From Chromera velia (lineage: Eukaryota): 51,061 bases of DNA. The notes below the pieces were generated by a model that saw only the letters and a list, made by a program, of their open reading frames with translations, was not told the DNA's origin and did not search any database. Where the stretch lies: positions 1 through 51,061 of the forward strand of contig JAHBMJ010000302.1 of the NCBI GenBank assembly GCA_018398765.1. The letters run 5' to 3'. Below, piece after piece: positions 27,059 to 37,800 of the stretch; position 1 is the stretch's first letter, and each line of letters opens with the position of its first letter. The position numbers and the translations under genes were made by a program.

Positions 27059-27464
27059 CCAAGCGCAACTCAATTTGGCACGATTACGATTGTGATTGCA
27101 AATGTGAAAAAGATTTTTATCGTGCAAACAGTCTTTTAAGACTTGCGATATGTTTCTGATAATATATATTTGTAAAGTCTGTACAAATTTTCAAGTTCGT
27201 ACGCGCAACCGATTACGTTTGCGAAAAATATGAAAATTCAAAGTCAGGATTCGTTTTCCGGGGCCGCCCGACTTTGAATTTTCATATTTTTTGCAAACGT
27301 AATTGGTCACGCGTACGAACTTGAAAATTTGTACAGACTTTACGAATATTATCAGAAACATGTTGCAAGTCTGAAAAAACTGTTTCCGCAATAAAAATAT
27401 TTTTCACATTTGCAATCCCAAACGTAATTGGCTGTATGGGTTTGCCAAATTGAGTTGCGCTTGG
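27059..27464. mobile_element. Fold-back MITE, 406 bp, almost entirely inverted repeat, flanked by TA (Tc1/mariner-type target)
   Basis: Termini CCAAGCGCAACTCAATTTGGCA ... TGCCAAATTGAGTTGCGCTTGG. Arms of about 190 bp pair up to a loop of about 24 nt at 27246-27269. It sits in a TATATA tract. Confidence 0.88.
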
Positions 27465-27797
27465 TATATATATACAAGTTATTCAGTTCGCGCGCCTTCC
27501 GCGCGAAAGTAAGTCTGGCAGAGCGGATCGGTTTATGCATGCCTGCCTGCCTGCAATGGCATACATACAGTAGCTCCTTTACTCAAATCCGCGCGCGCGA
27601 CTTGCTACGATTTGCAGAACTTAATTGCAGCTATTCTCAGAGACAATGATTCCGGGCAACCCGGCTTGGCTCATCTCAGCAACTTGGCTCATCTCAGATA
27701 CGTAACGCAGTTGCGCTGCGCGGTGATCCAAGTTGCATCGTCGCGCAGCGAATTTAACTTGCATGGTTGCTTTCATCGTACATAAAAAAGCTGATCG

Positions 27798-28052
27798 CGC
27801 TACGGAGTGTAGTGCAGTGGCTAGTTTGTTGTACGGGGCTCATATGGTATAAGAAGTTCTGTCATACAAGGTTCTTACTTCTAGGTACTCCCTTACAGAC
27901 TTTCATACGAAGGCTTGACTCACTACTAACTGCATGCATGCGCGTAGCTTAATTACATAGATGCAAATACGCTCGAACTGCGCGCATCTCGATACGGCCT
28001 GACATGCTGCTTCGCGTACCATTGCACGGCTGGCTAGCCTCACAACGTTACG
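27798..28052 (-). repeat. 3' LTR of the CG...CG element
   Basis: About 95% identical to 30625-30879 and preceded on the minus strand by the polypurine tract. Confidence 0.9.
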
Positions 28053-28710
28053 TGCCACCTCCCCCCTGAAGTCACGTCCACGCTGGCTTACATGGAGAAC
28101 GCAAGTGAATCTTCTTATGCAACTCTTTTGGGCAATGGAGTGATAATCGTTGATTAGATCATCGCTTTTCCTTATACCTGCAGCATCGTAGAAAACCAAA
28201 AATCGTCTTTCTTTTCTTTTTTTTTCTTTTCTTTCGACTCTCTCTCATTTCTGTTTTCAGAATTTCCTTTACCATCTTTTCTGTGGTTCTTTCTCTCTTT
28301 CATATCATCGAATCATAGTCCACTCCAGTCAAACAATCACAACAGTTACTCCCAACCACCATCTATACTGACTCCACCATATACCCAGTGCACATGCCCC
28401 CTCCCCCTTCAAAGCCGCGTCCACGCTCAGTCAGAGAGAGTGTGACGCACATAAGAACAACAACAAAGAAAAAAAAATCAGACGCAAAAGGGCGGAAAAC
28501 ATATACATCGGCTAAAAATTGTTCCTTCAGTCACGGAGTCCACTGGATGCCATAGTACTGCATCTCCCAATCGGTTAGCCCCACAATCACCCCCGGCTCT
28601 TTCCTATCTATTTGATCCGACTCTCCGTTAGCTTGGTGCTGCTGCTCTGATGGAGGTTGTAGACTGATAAAAGACCGCGCTGAAGTGCGGGTGGTCCGTA
28701 TGCTCCTCAT

Positions 28711-30413
28711 CTACCGCACTGCAGGTCTCACTTCTGGCACACACGGCACCACACCCTCTCTATTCCCATACATCTCGGAGTCCCTATAAAATGTCTCCTC
28801 TGTCTGTCCACACCCACGACGTACCAAAAATACATGCCAGTCTGTAGTGCCAATTCCCTGAACATTTGGAATTAAGTCCTCCCATCCCAACCAAAAACGA
28901 AAAGACACATCCTCCCAATACTCATACTGGAGTGGATCATACGGTGGGACTGGCGTCTTTGGTTTTGCATGGGCTGCTTGCCTTCTCTTTTTCTCTTTGT
29001 TCTTCGCTTCTGTTCTTTCTTGCCGACGCCTGGCCTGACGAGACGGTGTCAAACCATCAGACGAGACTGCCGGTTCCTCCACTCCCTCACTGATTGGAGG
29101 CAGAGGGGACCAAGGGCTGTCTGTCTCTTTCGTTTGCCTCACAGCCAGCATTTCCCTTTCATGCTTTTCCTGCCTTTTTCTCTCTTTCTTTTCTTGGTGC
29201 TTTTGTTTCTGTCTCTCTGCTTTCTCTGGACTTCCACCCCCAAAGTCATTTCCCTGCCCACCTGTCTCCAAACGATTGAGCTGCGGAGACGGGCTGTGTG
29301 GTCTCTCAGACTGGCAGTGGATTTGCTCTCTCAATTCCCAACTCCCAACTCTATACAGCGATTCAAACAAGTCTTTTCCCATATCTCCTTCGTCCTTCTT
29401 ACTCCTTTTGATCCGGCACAGCTCCATCAGAGCGGGCTCATTCATTTGACCATCCTCTCCGGTAGGAGCCATCACAGGGGAGCTCTGACCGAAATCAAAA
29501 GTCGTCTGAGGCGTCGCAAAGAACACACCCCCATCGGAATTGACAATCCCACTCCCCTTTTGCACTTCCCACGTCCCTTTGCCTTCTTTCTGGGACGACT
29601 GACTGAAGTCGAACGTCGTGCTTGGAGTTCCAGCGAGTGTGGCTCCCACAGAGCTCACAGGAACACTTCCCTCTCGCACCCCAGACATCTGCACATCTGT
29701 TTGCTGCTGCAACTGATTGGGAACGCCTGACTGCGCACAGCCGTGCGATCTTATATGAACACCGTCATCACCCAAAGTTTCTTCGACCCAATCCACATCC
29801 CCCTCTCTCACACGGAATTCCTTCTCTGGGGTACCTGGTGGAATAATTCTTCTCTCTCTCTCTGTCCCTCGCCCAGGCCTCCTCCATTGTTGCGAGCGTC
29901 CAGAAAAATTCGAGTGATTGCTGCCAAAACCTCGCCTGCTCGCTTTATCTCTTTTTCTACTTCGATTTGCATTTCCATGTGCGCCTGGAGCTTTGGCATG
30001 CCTTCAGAGAAGACGTCTCTGGGCTGCTGGACTTTCTGTTTCCTCCCTCTCCCTGCTGAACCTTTTGGGCAACCAGCATTACAGTGCTCAGATGATTGCC
30101 GAGACTGCGTTTGCTCTACCACTTTTTTCTTCCAGGCTGCCTCTGTCAACCTGCAACTTCTATGAGTTTTCGGTTTGCCCGTATCGGTGTGTTGAGTCGC
30201 ATGTTGGACTGCACTCTGCTTCTCAAAAATCCCAGTTGGTGGAACAGACAGTCTACTGGCTCCTGTAGACTCCAAGAGTCGCTCTGCAATCTCAAACCCT
30301 TCCTTCAAGAGGGTCTCACCGTTCGCTTGCACTTCTCTGGATGGAATGTCCTTGAATTTTTGAAGTTCACATACAAGCGAAAGAAAATTTTTGAAACGTT
30401 CCCAGATCGACAT
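28711..30413 (-). pseudogene. Internal ORF(s) of the CG...CG LTR element (201 aa and 366 aa, probably one frameshifted ORF), unknown function
   Basis: ORFs 30413-29808 and 29811-28711 are sense to the element and overlap near an (AG)n run. No PR, RT, RH, IN or CCHC motif was recognised. Confidence 0.6.
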
Positions 30414-30624
30414 GACCGACGTGCTGCTGAAGACTTCTGAGAACTTTCACAAGACAAAGCAATGAACTCGTACTTTCTGCTTATTGCAGTGGTTGCGTGC
30501 ATAGTCAGTGCAAGCTGTGTGAAGCTGCAAAGAGACCTCGCACTGTCAGACAGAGAATGTGTTCACGACGCAAGACGGATGGTCTACGAACTCTACTGAG
30601 GCTGATCGTTTCGTTCTGCTACCA

Positions 30625-30879
30625 CGCTACGGAGTGTGGTGCAGTGGCTAGCTTGTTGTGCGGGGCTCATATGGTATAAGAAGTTCTGTCATACAAGGTT
30701 CTTACTTCTAGGTACTCCCTTACAGACTTTCATACGAAGGTTTGACTCACTGCTGACTGCATGCATGTGCGTAGCTTAATTACATGGATGCAAATACGCT
30801 CGAACTGCGCGCATCTCGATACGGCCTGACATGCTGTTTCGTGTATCGTTGCACGGCTGGCTAGTCTCACAACGTTACG
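30625..30879 (-). repeat. 5' LTR of the CG...CG element
   Basis: Followed on the minus strand directly by the TGGTAGCAGA PBS. Confidence 0.9.
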
Positions 30880-31278
30880 GATCAAAGTTGCGCGGCCACG
30901 TGATCGGAGCCAAGTTTTTCGGTGATCGAAGTTAAATGATCCAAGTTAATTGCGATGCCGCGCCAAAAATTTGTGAACGAAAAACGTAGATGAGCCAAGT
31001 TGCCTTGAGATGAGCCAAGCCGGGTTGTCCGTAATCATTGTCTCTAATTTGGTTTCTCTGAGAATATATAAAAGTTAGTGCTTGACCTATACCTACCAGC
31101 ACCACCAATTAAATCACCACAACTATCACGATTTATCGCGATTGAATCATTTCTAATCATTTCTTTTAGATTGAAAAATGCATGCCAGAAATGATATGAT
31201 GCGAAAGCAGTTGGTGGCAACTTAATGTAAAACTTATCAATTTTAATCAATTTATTACTATCACTAACTATCACTATA

Positions 31279-32354
31279 GGGGCCATGTAAAAATTCATTT
31301 GAGTGTCAGTGGCACGCAAACGGGTTCAAAGGGGGGGGGGNNNNNNNGGGGGGGGGGGGGTCTTTGCATGCCAACGCAGCAAAAATTACCGTTTTTCTCC
31401 ACTATCAATTTAGTATCAAAACATATTTTTAAACTAGGCGTCGGCTAAAGAAAAAAAAAAAAAGATCCCCCAAAACCCTTTATTTTTTTTCTTTTTTTTT
31501 CTTCTTTTTCAGTCAAACAACTGTTGTTCAAGTTGTAGAATAAGTGATGAACTGAGGGTATAAGATTCTATACAGAAAGTCTGTCATACAGGAGAGACAA
31601 AAAACGATCTCCTCTCAACGGTTTTCAACCATCGGAGCAGGCCAATCGGTGAGAGATTGGCATGCTTTCACAGAATTCGTCATTCATACATTCATATGCA
31701 TTGCGACCCGTAAAGGTGCCGGACCCGGGCTAAGCAGACGTGCGCCGGCCGCGGGATAATCAATCTGATACAAGTATTGCACAACTGTTGTTAAGTGTTG
31801 TTTAGGGTAAAAAAGTAAAAAATAAAGAAAAAAAAAAAAGATCACCTCTGATCGCTTACTTTTTTTTTCTTCTTCTTTAGCCGACGCCTAGTTTTTAAGT
31901 CAAAAAAACTGGGTTTTCAATTTTTTTAGGGGGGTTGCGTGCCACTATATAGTGGAAGGTAGGGGGGGNNNNNNNNNNNNNNNNNNNNNNNNNNNNNNNN
32001 NNNNNNNNNNNNNNNNNNNNNNNNNNNNNNNNNNNNNNNNNNNNNNNNNNNNNNNNNNNNNNNNNNNNNNNNNNNNNNNNNNNNNNNNNNNNNNNNNNNN
32101 NNNNNNNNNNNNNNNNNNNNNNNNNNNNNNNNNNNNNNNNNNNNNNNNNNNNNNNNNNNNNNNNNNNNNNNNNNNNNNNNNNNNNNNNNNNNNNNNNNNN
32201 NNNNNNNNNNNNNNNNNNNNNNNNNNNNNNNNNNNNNNNNNNNNNNNNNNNNNNNNNNNNNNNNNNNNNNNNNNNNNNNNNNNNNNNNNNNNNNNNNNNN
32301 NNNNNNNGGGGTCTTGCGTGCCATTAACACTCACATAAATTTTTACATGACCCT
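31279..32354. mobile_element. MITE with about 41-bp TIRs (GGGGCCATGTAAAAATTCATTTGAGTGTCAGTGGCACGCAA) and ATA/ATA flanks; PIF/Harbinger- or Zator-like by termini (inference)
   Basis: Left TIR at 31279-31319 matches the reverse complement of 32314-32354. It contains two N gaps and a nested element. A second partial copy is at 3848-4064. Confidence 0.8.
31433..31892. mobile_element. Nested 460-bp MITE with TIR ACTAGGCGTCGGCTAAAGAA and apparent TTTTAA TSD
   Basis: Perfect 20-bp inverted termini. The sister copy of the host MITE at about 3921-3940 shows the empty site. Confidence 0.85.
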
Positions 32355-32498
32355 ATATCTGATTAATCGATACTATCTCATACTATCTCACTATTACTAA
32401 TCTATACAATACCTTAACATGCTAAGTAGTAGTAGGCAGGCCTAGTATAGAGTCTACTACTATGGACCGAATTAATCAATCAATAACATAACGGTACA

Positions 32499-32612
32499 TG
32501 GTAGGAAGGCCTAGTACGGAATCTATCTATTTATCAATTAATCAATCAATAGCAGGGTTAAGGTTTAGGGACCCTATCAATCAATCAATCAATCAATTAA
32601 TCAATCAGTCAA
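32499..32612 (+). repeat. Stacked short retroposon 3' ends with (ATCA)n tails
   Basis: GGAAGGCCTAG...TATCAATTAATCAATCAAT resembles the LINE 3' end at 5714-5755 and is followed by a second ATCA-tailed unit. Confidence 0.5.
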
Positions 32613-32650
32613 TTAGTTTTTATAAATTCGATCTATTTTTTAGGGAGGGC

Positions 32651-32911
32651 TATGAAGTTGAGCAGGCGTACATACGATTGGGAGACGGCGTGCGCCGGGA
32701 CCGATATGCCCTGGCCGGGCCTGGGACGTACGGCTCACTCGGATTCATGTTGCAGAGTCGAATCAATTGCATCCGATTGATCGTTTAAGATTGACTGACC
32801 TTTATACAGAAGTCGGAATCAGCCGATCATTTCGACTTCCTTGACTGACAGACTTTCCTATGAAGTAGATGTCCCTTCCCTGATCGTAGCCTAAGCCTCC
32901 TATATTCTACA
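32651..32911 (+). repeat. 5' LTR of copia element (TA...CA)
   Basis: About 19 mismatches versus the 3' LTR by eye (about 93% identity). Confidence 0.95.
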
Positions 32912-32973
32912 TTTGCTGCCCCCAGGCACACATGGTCCGTCGGATTTCTTTTTCTCTTATGTTGATTCTAGGA

Positions 32974-34035
32974 ATGTCTTCTCCTTCGCATTCTGCATTG
33001 TCTGCTCTTAGTCGTTTCGACCATACTCCAGAGGAGCCGAAGCATGTCATCCCCAAGGTTGAGTGGGTGACTGCTATCCAGAACAGGGCTGAAATAAAGA
33101 TATGAGCCATTGCCTTTAGCCGGAACGCCAAACTCCACCTGTCGGAGAAGGCAATTCTAGACAAGGAAACGAGGATTGCGGCTTGGTCTGCGGCTCTCCA
33201 CACAGGAGCCTCGAAAGGAAAGTTCTACAAGATGACCCACGACTTGGACAAGCTGGAACACAAGGGCTTCGAAGGACCAGAACTCTTTGAAAAAATAAAG
33301 AGTGAGTATGGAAAGGAGCAGGCGATTGAGACGCAGGAGAAGAAGGAAAAGTTTTGCGCCCTTGAGAGACGCAAAGATGAGGGGCTGATCGATGCTTCTA
33401 ACCGGATGGATGGGCAGATCCTCTCTTGTGAGAAGGCTGGCTACGTGCCCCCCGAACCCGAGAAGAAGGAGGTCCCTGAGAACCTCATAACCGACGACGA
33501 GTTCGAAGGAGTTATCACCGCCGCTGCCCTTGCCTAGATCATGATTTCTGCAATTGAGCAGAAAGCGGCAAAGACGGAGGGCAGACCCGTCTCCCCCGAG
33601 GATGAGGATTCCAAGTTCGACTACGACAACCTCTTCTATGCCCTCCTGCGAAAGATCGCCCGCAATGTTGGGTTGATGCAGAAGCTCCGTGCCATCAGAC
33701 GGAGGAAGGTGAGAGGCAGGGGGAGAAGGAGACAGCCTCGTGAGAACAGGGAGGTCGCCAACTCCACTCAAGACCGCAAGCCCCAGCAGCCCCGCAGCAG
33801 AAGCCAGTCCAGACAGCCTGAGTCCCGCAGCGAGTCCGGCAGCGGGAAGGCCCCCAGGTGTAAGGACTGCGGGTATACTCTCCCGCACAGAGGTGAGGAC
33901 AACAAGTGCCCCGCTGTCGGCCCCACGTGCAAGGAGTGCGGAGAGAAGGATCACTTCGCTTCCGTCTGTCCTGACAAGAAAAAGGATGGGAAGAAGGGGG
34001 GCAAGGGAGGCAAGGGGCAGAAGAAGGGTTTTTGA
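32974..34035 (+). pseudogene. gag: gag with C-terminal zinc knuckles and two in-frame stops
   Basis: Single frame from ATG 32974 with stops at 33103 and 33535. CKECGEKDHFASVC (CX2CX4HX4C) is preceded by CKDCGYTLPH...CPA. Confidence 0.85.
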
Positions 34036-34889
34036 CCGTGTCAGACCGTTGGGATGGAGACGCCACCAGAGCTGCACGCGTTCCCTGAAAGTACACGTAG
34101 ACCCTGGGTTTAATCTTGTCAAACCCTGGGTTTAAAAAAAACACATCCTGGGTAACCCAGCATGTGACGTCTATTTGTCACATGCTGGGTAACCCAGCAT
34201 GTGATGCTGGGTTACCCAGGATGTGACATCAACCAACCCAGCATATCGATTTCGATCGAACCTAGCATTCGCACTCAGATCGCTTCATGAATCGAAATTT
34301 CAAATCAGACACATGAAAGTACATGAAAGGAAACAGTACAAACCGACTGACCAGCAAAAGAGGATGATCCTTCCACAAGCAGAACAAGGCCACAAACAGC
34401 AGGAAGCGTGTTGGAGTCGATGTCGTTGAAGCCGGTTTCTGAATCGCGATTTCGATCTCAAGGTTGAAATCTCATTTCGATCGGCGAGCGCCCTCCAGAT
34501 TGCGCTTGCAGCATTCTTGGCTTTATCGAAGCCTTTCCTCACTGGAAAGGACTCCCAACCAAAGGAGGAAAGCTTCTGAAAGCAGCTAAGGTCGCTGCGG
34601 GAGAGCAGACGGATGGTAGACGGACATTCCGATCTGTTTGTGATCGGATTTTTGAAGACCGCGATCGCAGATCGATCTGGCTGTGCACGATTCAAAATTG
34701 CAAGACGCAGAAAGCCATTTCCACCCTTTGCAACACAAAGACCAGCTTATAGGAAGGTCTTTGAAAGGTTGGATGGCTTTCCGTTTCGACTGGCTCGCAA
34801 TCTGCTTCCAGATTGAAGCCCGCTCACTTTGGACAGAAGCTGCAAAGTCAGACAGACTGACAATTTGACTGCATGCATGCATCGCAAAT

Positions 34890-37800
34890 TTGTGCAACAC
34901 TTTCGACGCACGCGCGGGCAACACAATGCGGCGCGCGGCTTTGTGGGACCGTGGGCTCGTGCATGCGTGCGTCGAAGTTGCCGCTTTCTCCCTTGATGTC
35001 GTTCACTCTCTTTTGTCTTCCCACGTCAAGAAAGTGAGTTTGGAAGAAGGCAGTAGTATTGTGTATCTGACTGACGAGAACGGAGAAAAGTTTCCTGCGC
35101 TTGTTGAATCTTTTGGGGGGTTGCCAGTCCTCATCATGAAGGAAGGGCAGGAAGAAATGTTTTGTGTCTGGGAGTCTGCTCACCCGGCAAAAGCAAAGCG
35201 GAAGGCACCCCGCCGAGTCCGTTTTACTGAGCCACTGGTGACAGAAACTTTCCTCTTTGAAAAGGAGAATGGAAACAAAAAGACAAAAAAGCCTAAAAAG
35301 GTGAAAAAAGAGGAGAGAGACCAAAGGCTTAGACAGCCCGAAAACGGAAAAGAGAATGAAAATGCAGATAGTGATGCAGATAGGAAGGAGAAGGAAGGAC
35401 AGAAGGTTTCTTTTCTAGAGAAGGCAGAGGAATGGAAGCGTCTTTTACGTCTCTTGCATCACCGATATTCCCACACGAGTGGGAAGCGTCTCTTTTCTAC
35501 CTTGATTGAGAAAGGAATTGATGCCTCTTTGCATGAGTGCGATGATGTGTATGATGAATGTCCTGCATGTGTTTTCGTGAATGCTCGTACGTGGAAGGTG
35601 CCTCGCTCTTCTTCTGATCGTTACTGATTGTGTCTCTGCCCCTCAGTCTTTCAATGACGTTGTCTTCCATGATTTGTTCAAATCGAAGTGCAGGGGGGCA
35701 GGGAGATTTATTTGGGTGTCTGTTCTTGTTGATGGAGCGACAAGAAAGATCGATTTGCTGCCACTGAAACACAAGTGGCAGGCGGTCACGCATCTCATTG
35801 CGTGGACGCGGAAGTACGAGAAGTTGGGGAAAGGAAAGCCGAAAGTCGTGTGCTCTGATAATGGAGGTGAATTTACTGCTCGCTCGTATGAACGGTTTTG
35901 CAGGCAGGAAGGCATCCATCATAAGTTTGGGGCACCTTACACTCCCGAATCCCAAGGTCGAGTGGAGAGGGTCAACGCTTCTGAATCAGTGAAGGCCCTC
36001 GTTCAGAAGTTCTTTCTGTCTCTCCGTCTTCCGTCCTTTCTTTGGCCTTTCTTCCTGCAGGGTGTTGCACAGCAGTTGAACGCGACTGTGCATTCAGCAA
36101 TAGGTCTTTCCCCAGATATTGTTGTGTTTGGAAAGGGCTCTGCAGGGGTGTCTCCAGTAACTGTCAGAGACCAAGTGCGCTTTGTTGATAGAGCGCCAGG
36201 GCATGTGCAGGGATGGGAGCCAAGGGAGGAAGTTGGGTTTTTTTGGGATGTTCTCTCGACGAAGGTTGTTTCTGTTGTGTGCAACCGCAAGGGTAGATGG
36301 GTGGGGGTGCGACTCCATCCATCTCAGGTCCGTCTCTATCGGTGGGTGGGGGAAGAAAGAGCCGATTGCCTTCCCCGTCAGCAGCAGCAGTCCTTAGGCT
36401 ACCGTTCAAATGATAAGGAGACGGACGTCCCCAGTTCCGATGACGATGATGATAGGTCCGATTTTGATATGGAGCTCCCTGTCCGACGCACTGCGATACA
36501 AAGACGGGGGGTACCTGTGTCTATGGAGTCCTTTGACGAGGATGGAGACGTTTCTGGAGGTGGAGCTGAGCCAGCAGCGCCCCTGAATGAAGGAGACGGT
36601 TCGGGCCCGCCAGTGGAGTCGTCAGAACAAAAGAAGGAGGTGATAGCATGAAGAGTAGGGGGTACCTGGTTTCCCGCACAAGTGATGAGGGAGGGAAAGA
36701 GGCGCATTGACGTGGCTGTTCTTCAACAAAGCCCCCGAACAGGACAGTGGAAGCCGTCTCGTTTAAAAGAGATCGATGACCGCAAGGGTGATGAAGTGGC
36801 TGTCTACTTCCAGTTTGGGGAGGGAATGCAGATCCCTGCCGAGGCGCTCGCACGCGTTCGTGGCAGGGGAGAAGGAGCGAGTGGAGATTTCCCAGAAGAG
36901 GGGGTAAGGGCGTCTGACTCAGCTGCCTGGGACCCTTTCGTGGAAGCAGAAGAAGACGCCATTCAGTATTCTGACATTCTGGACTCTGATTTTGTGTACA
37001 GTGACGATGACGATTTGCTCTTCGGAGTGAATGCCCTTGCTCCAGATGCTTCCACCGGTGGTCAACTCGGTTCCACCGATGAGGGGGGTATGGGAGGAGC
37101 AAGTGAGGAAGTCGAGCAGCCAGAGTTTTTTGGGTTTTGTCGTCTGAAACGGAAAGCACGCAGAGAAAAGATGAGAGCCTTTAGAGTGAAGAGGCAGCGG
37201 ATGGCTGAGCAGGATGCAGGAAAACGTTTCGATAAAGCGCTTTCTCTTATTCTGCGAGTGCAGAAAGCTGCAGCTGCGCGTAAGCTCGTGTCTCGAGAAG
37301 AGAACTCGATGAAAGAGCACGTTGAGGCAACAGTAGAAGAGATTCATCAGGGATTCTTTAAAGAGAGTGATGAAAAGGAATTCCGTAGGTGGAAGGACTG
37401 CTTTGTTTTTGTGCTCGATTCTGCGATGGAGGCAAATGAGGCAAGAGCAAAAGGAAAGAAACCACTGACACTCCGGATTATGCGCACATGGAAATTGAAG
37501 AATGGAGAGAGGGTAGCCAAGAGTAGACTTGTCGTCAGGGGGTTTGAGGACAATTTGAGAAAAGGAAGTTTGTGGAAACGTATTCGGGAACTGCCGATTC
37601 CGGGCTTGTGAGGGCCTCCATTGTGTGAGCTCTGACGAGAGGGTTGAAAACAGCTAAGTCGGATGTCTCCACTGCATTCTTGCAGTCACCGTGCCCCTAT
37701 GAGGACGAGGACATTTGGTTGTCTCTCCCCTCAGACCTTCCTTTCCATGTCATCCCAGAGCTGCGAGCAGGCCTTGTAGTAAAAATCAAAAGGGCTGCCT

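Larger units (their letters stand above)
27798..30879 (-). mobile_element. Non-autonomous LTR retroelement, 3082 bp, with CG...CG termini
   Basis: 255-bp direct repeats at 27798-28052 and 30625-30879 (13 mismatches by eye). On the minus strand, PBS TGGTAGCAGA (initiator Met tRNA 3' end) abuts the 5' LTR at 30624-30615, and PPT AGGGGGGAGGTGGCA abuts the 3' LTR at 28067-28053. TSD GATCG/GATCA. Confidence 0.9.
27634..31064. mobile_element. Non-autonomous TIR element (about 340 bp without its insert), interrupted by an LTR retroelement
   Basis: Left TIR TTCTCAGAGACAATGATTCCGGGCAACCCGGCTTGGCTCATCTCAGCAACTTGGCTCATCT matches the reverse complement at about 30988-31064, which has a 14-bp insertion near the end. 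TA flanks both sides. Subterminal GATCCAAGTT-like repeats are present. Confidence 0.75.

Noticed and set aside
27638..31046. hAT interpretation (CAG...CTA ends) of the TIR element
   Set aside because: Flanking 8-mers GCTATTCT and ATTTGGTT do not match. The longer TA-flanked boundaries fit better.
31926..32338. ORFs spanning poly-X
   Set aside because: Artefacts of the N gap at 31969-32307.
33157..34144. Long antisense ORFs over gag, and similar antisense ORFs over the 21-24 kb and 46-48 kb ORFs
   Set aside because: Shadow frames of GC-rich coding sequence on the other strand.
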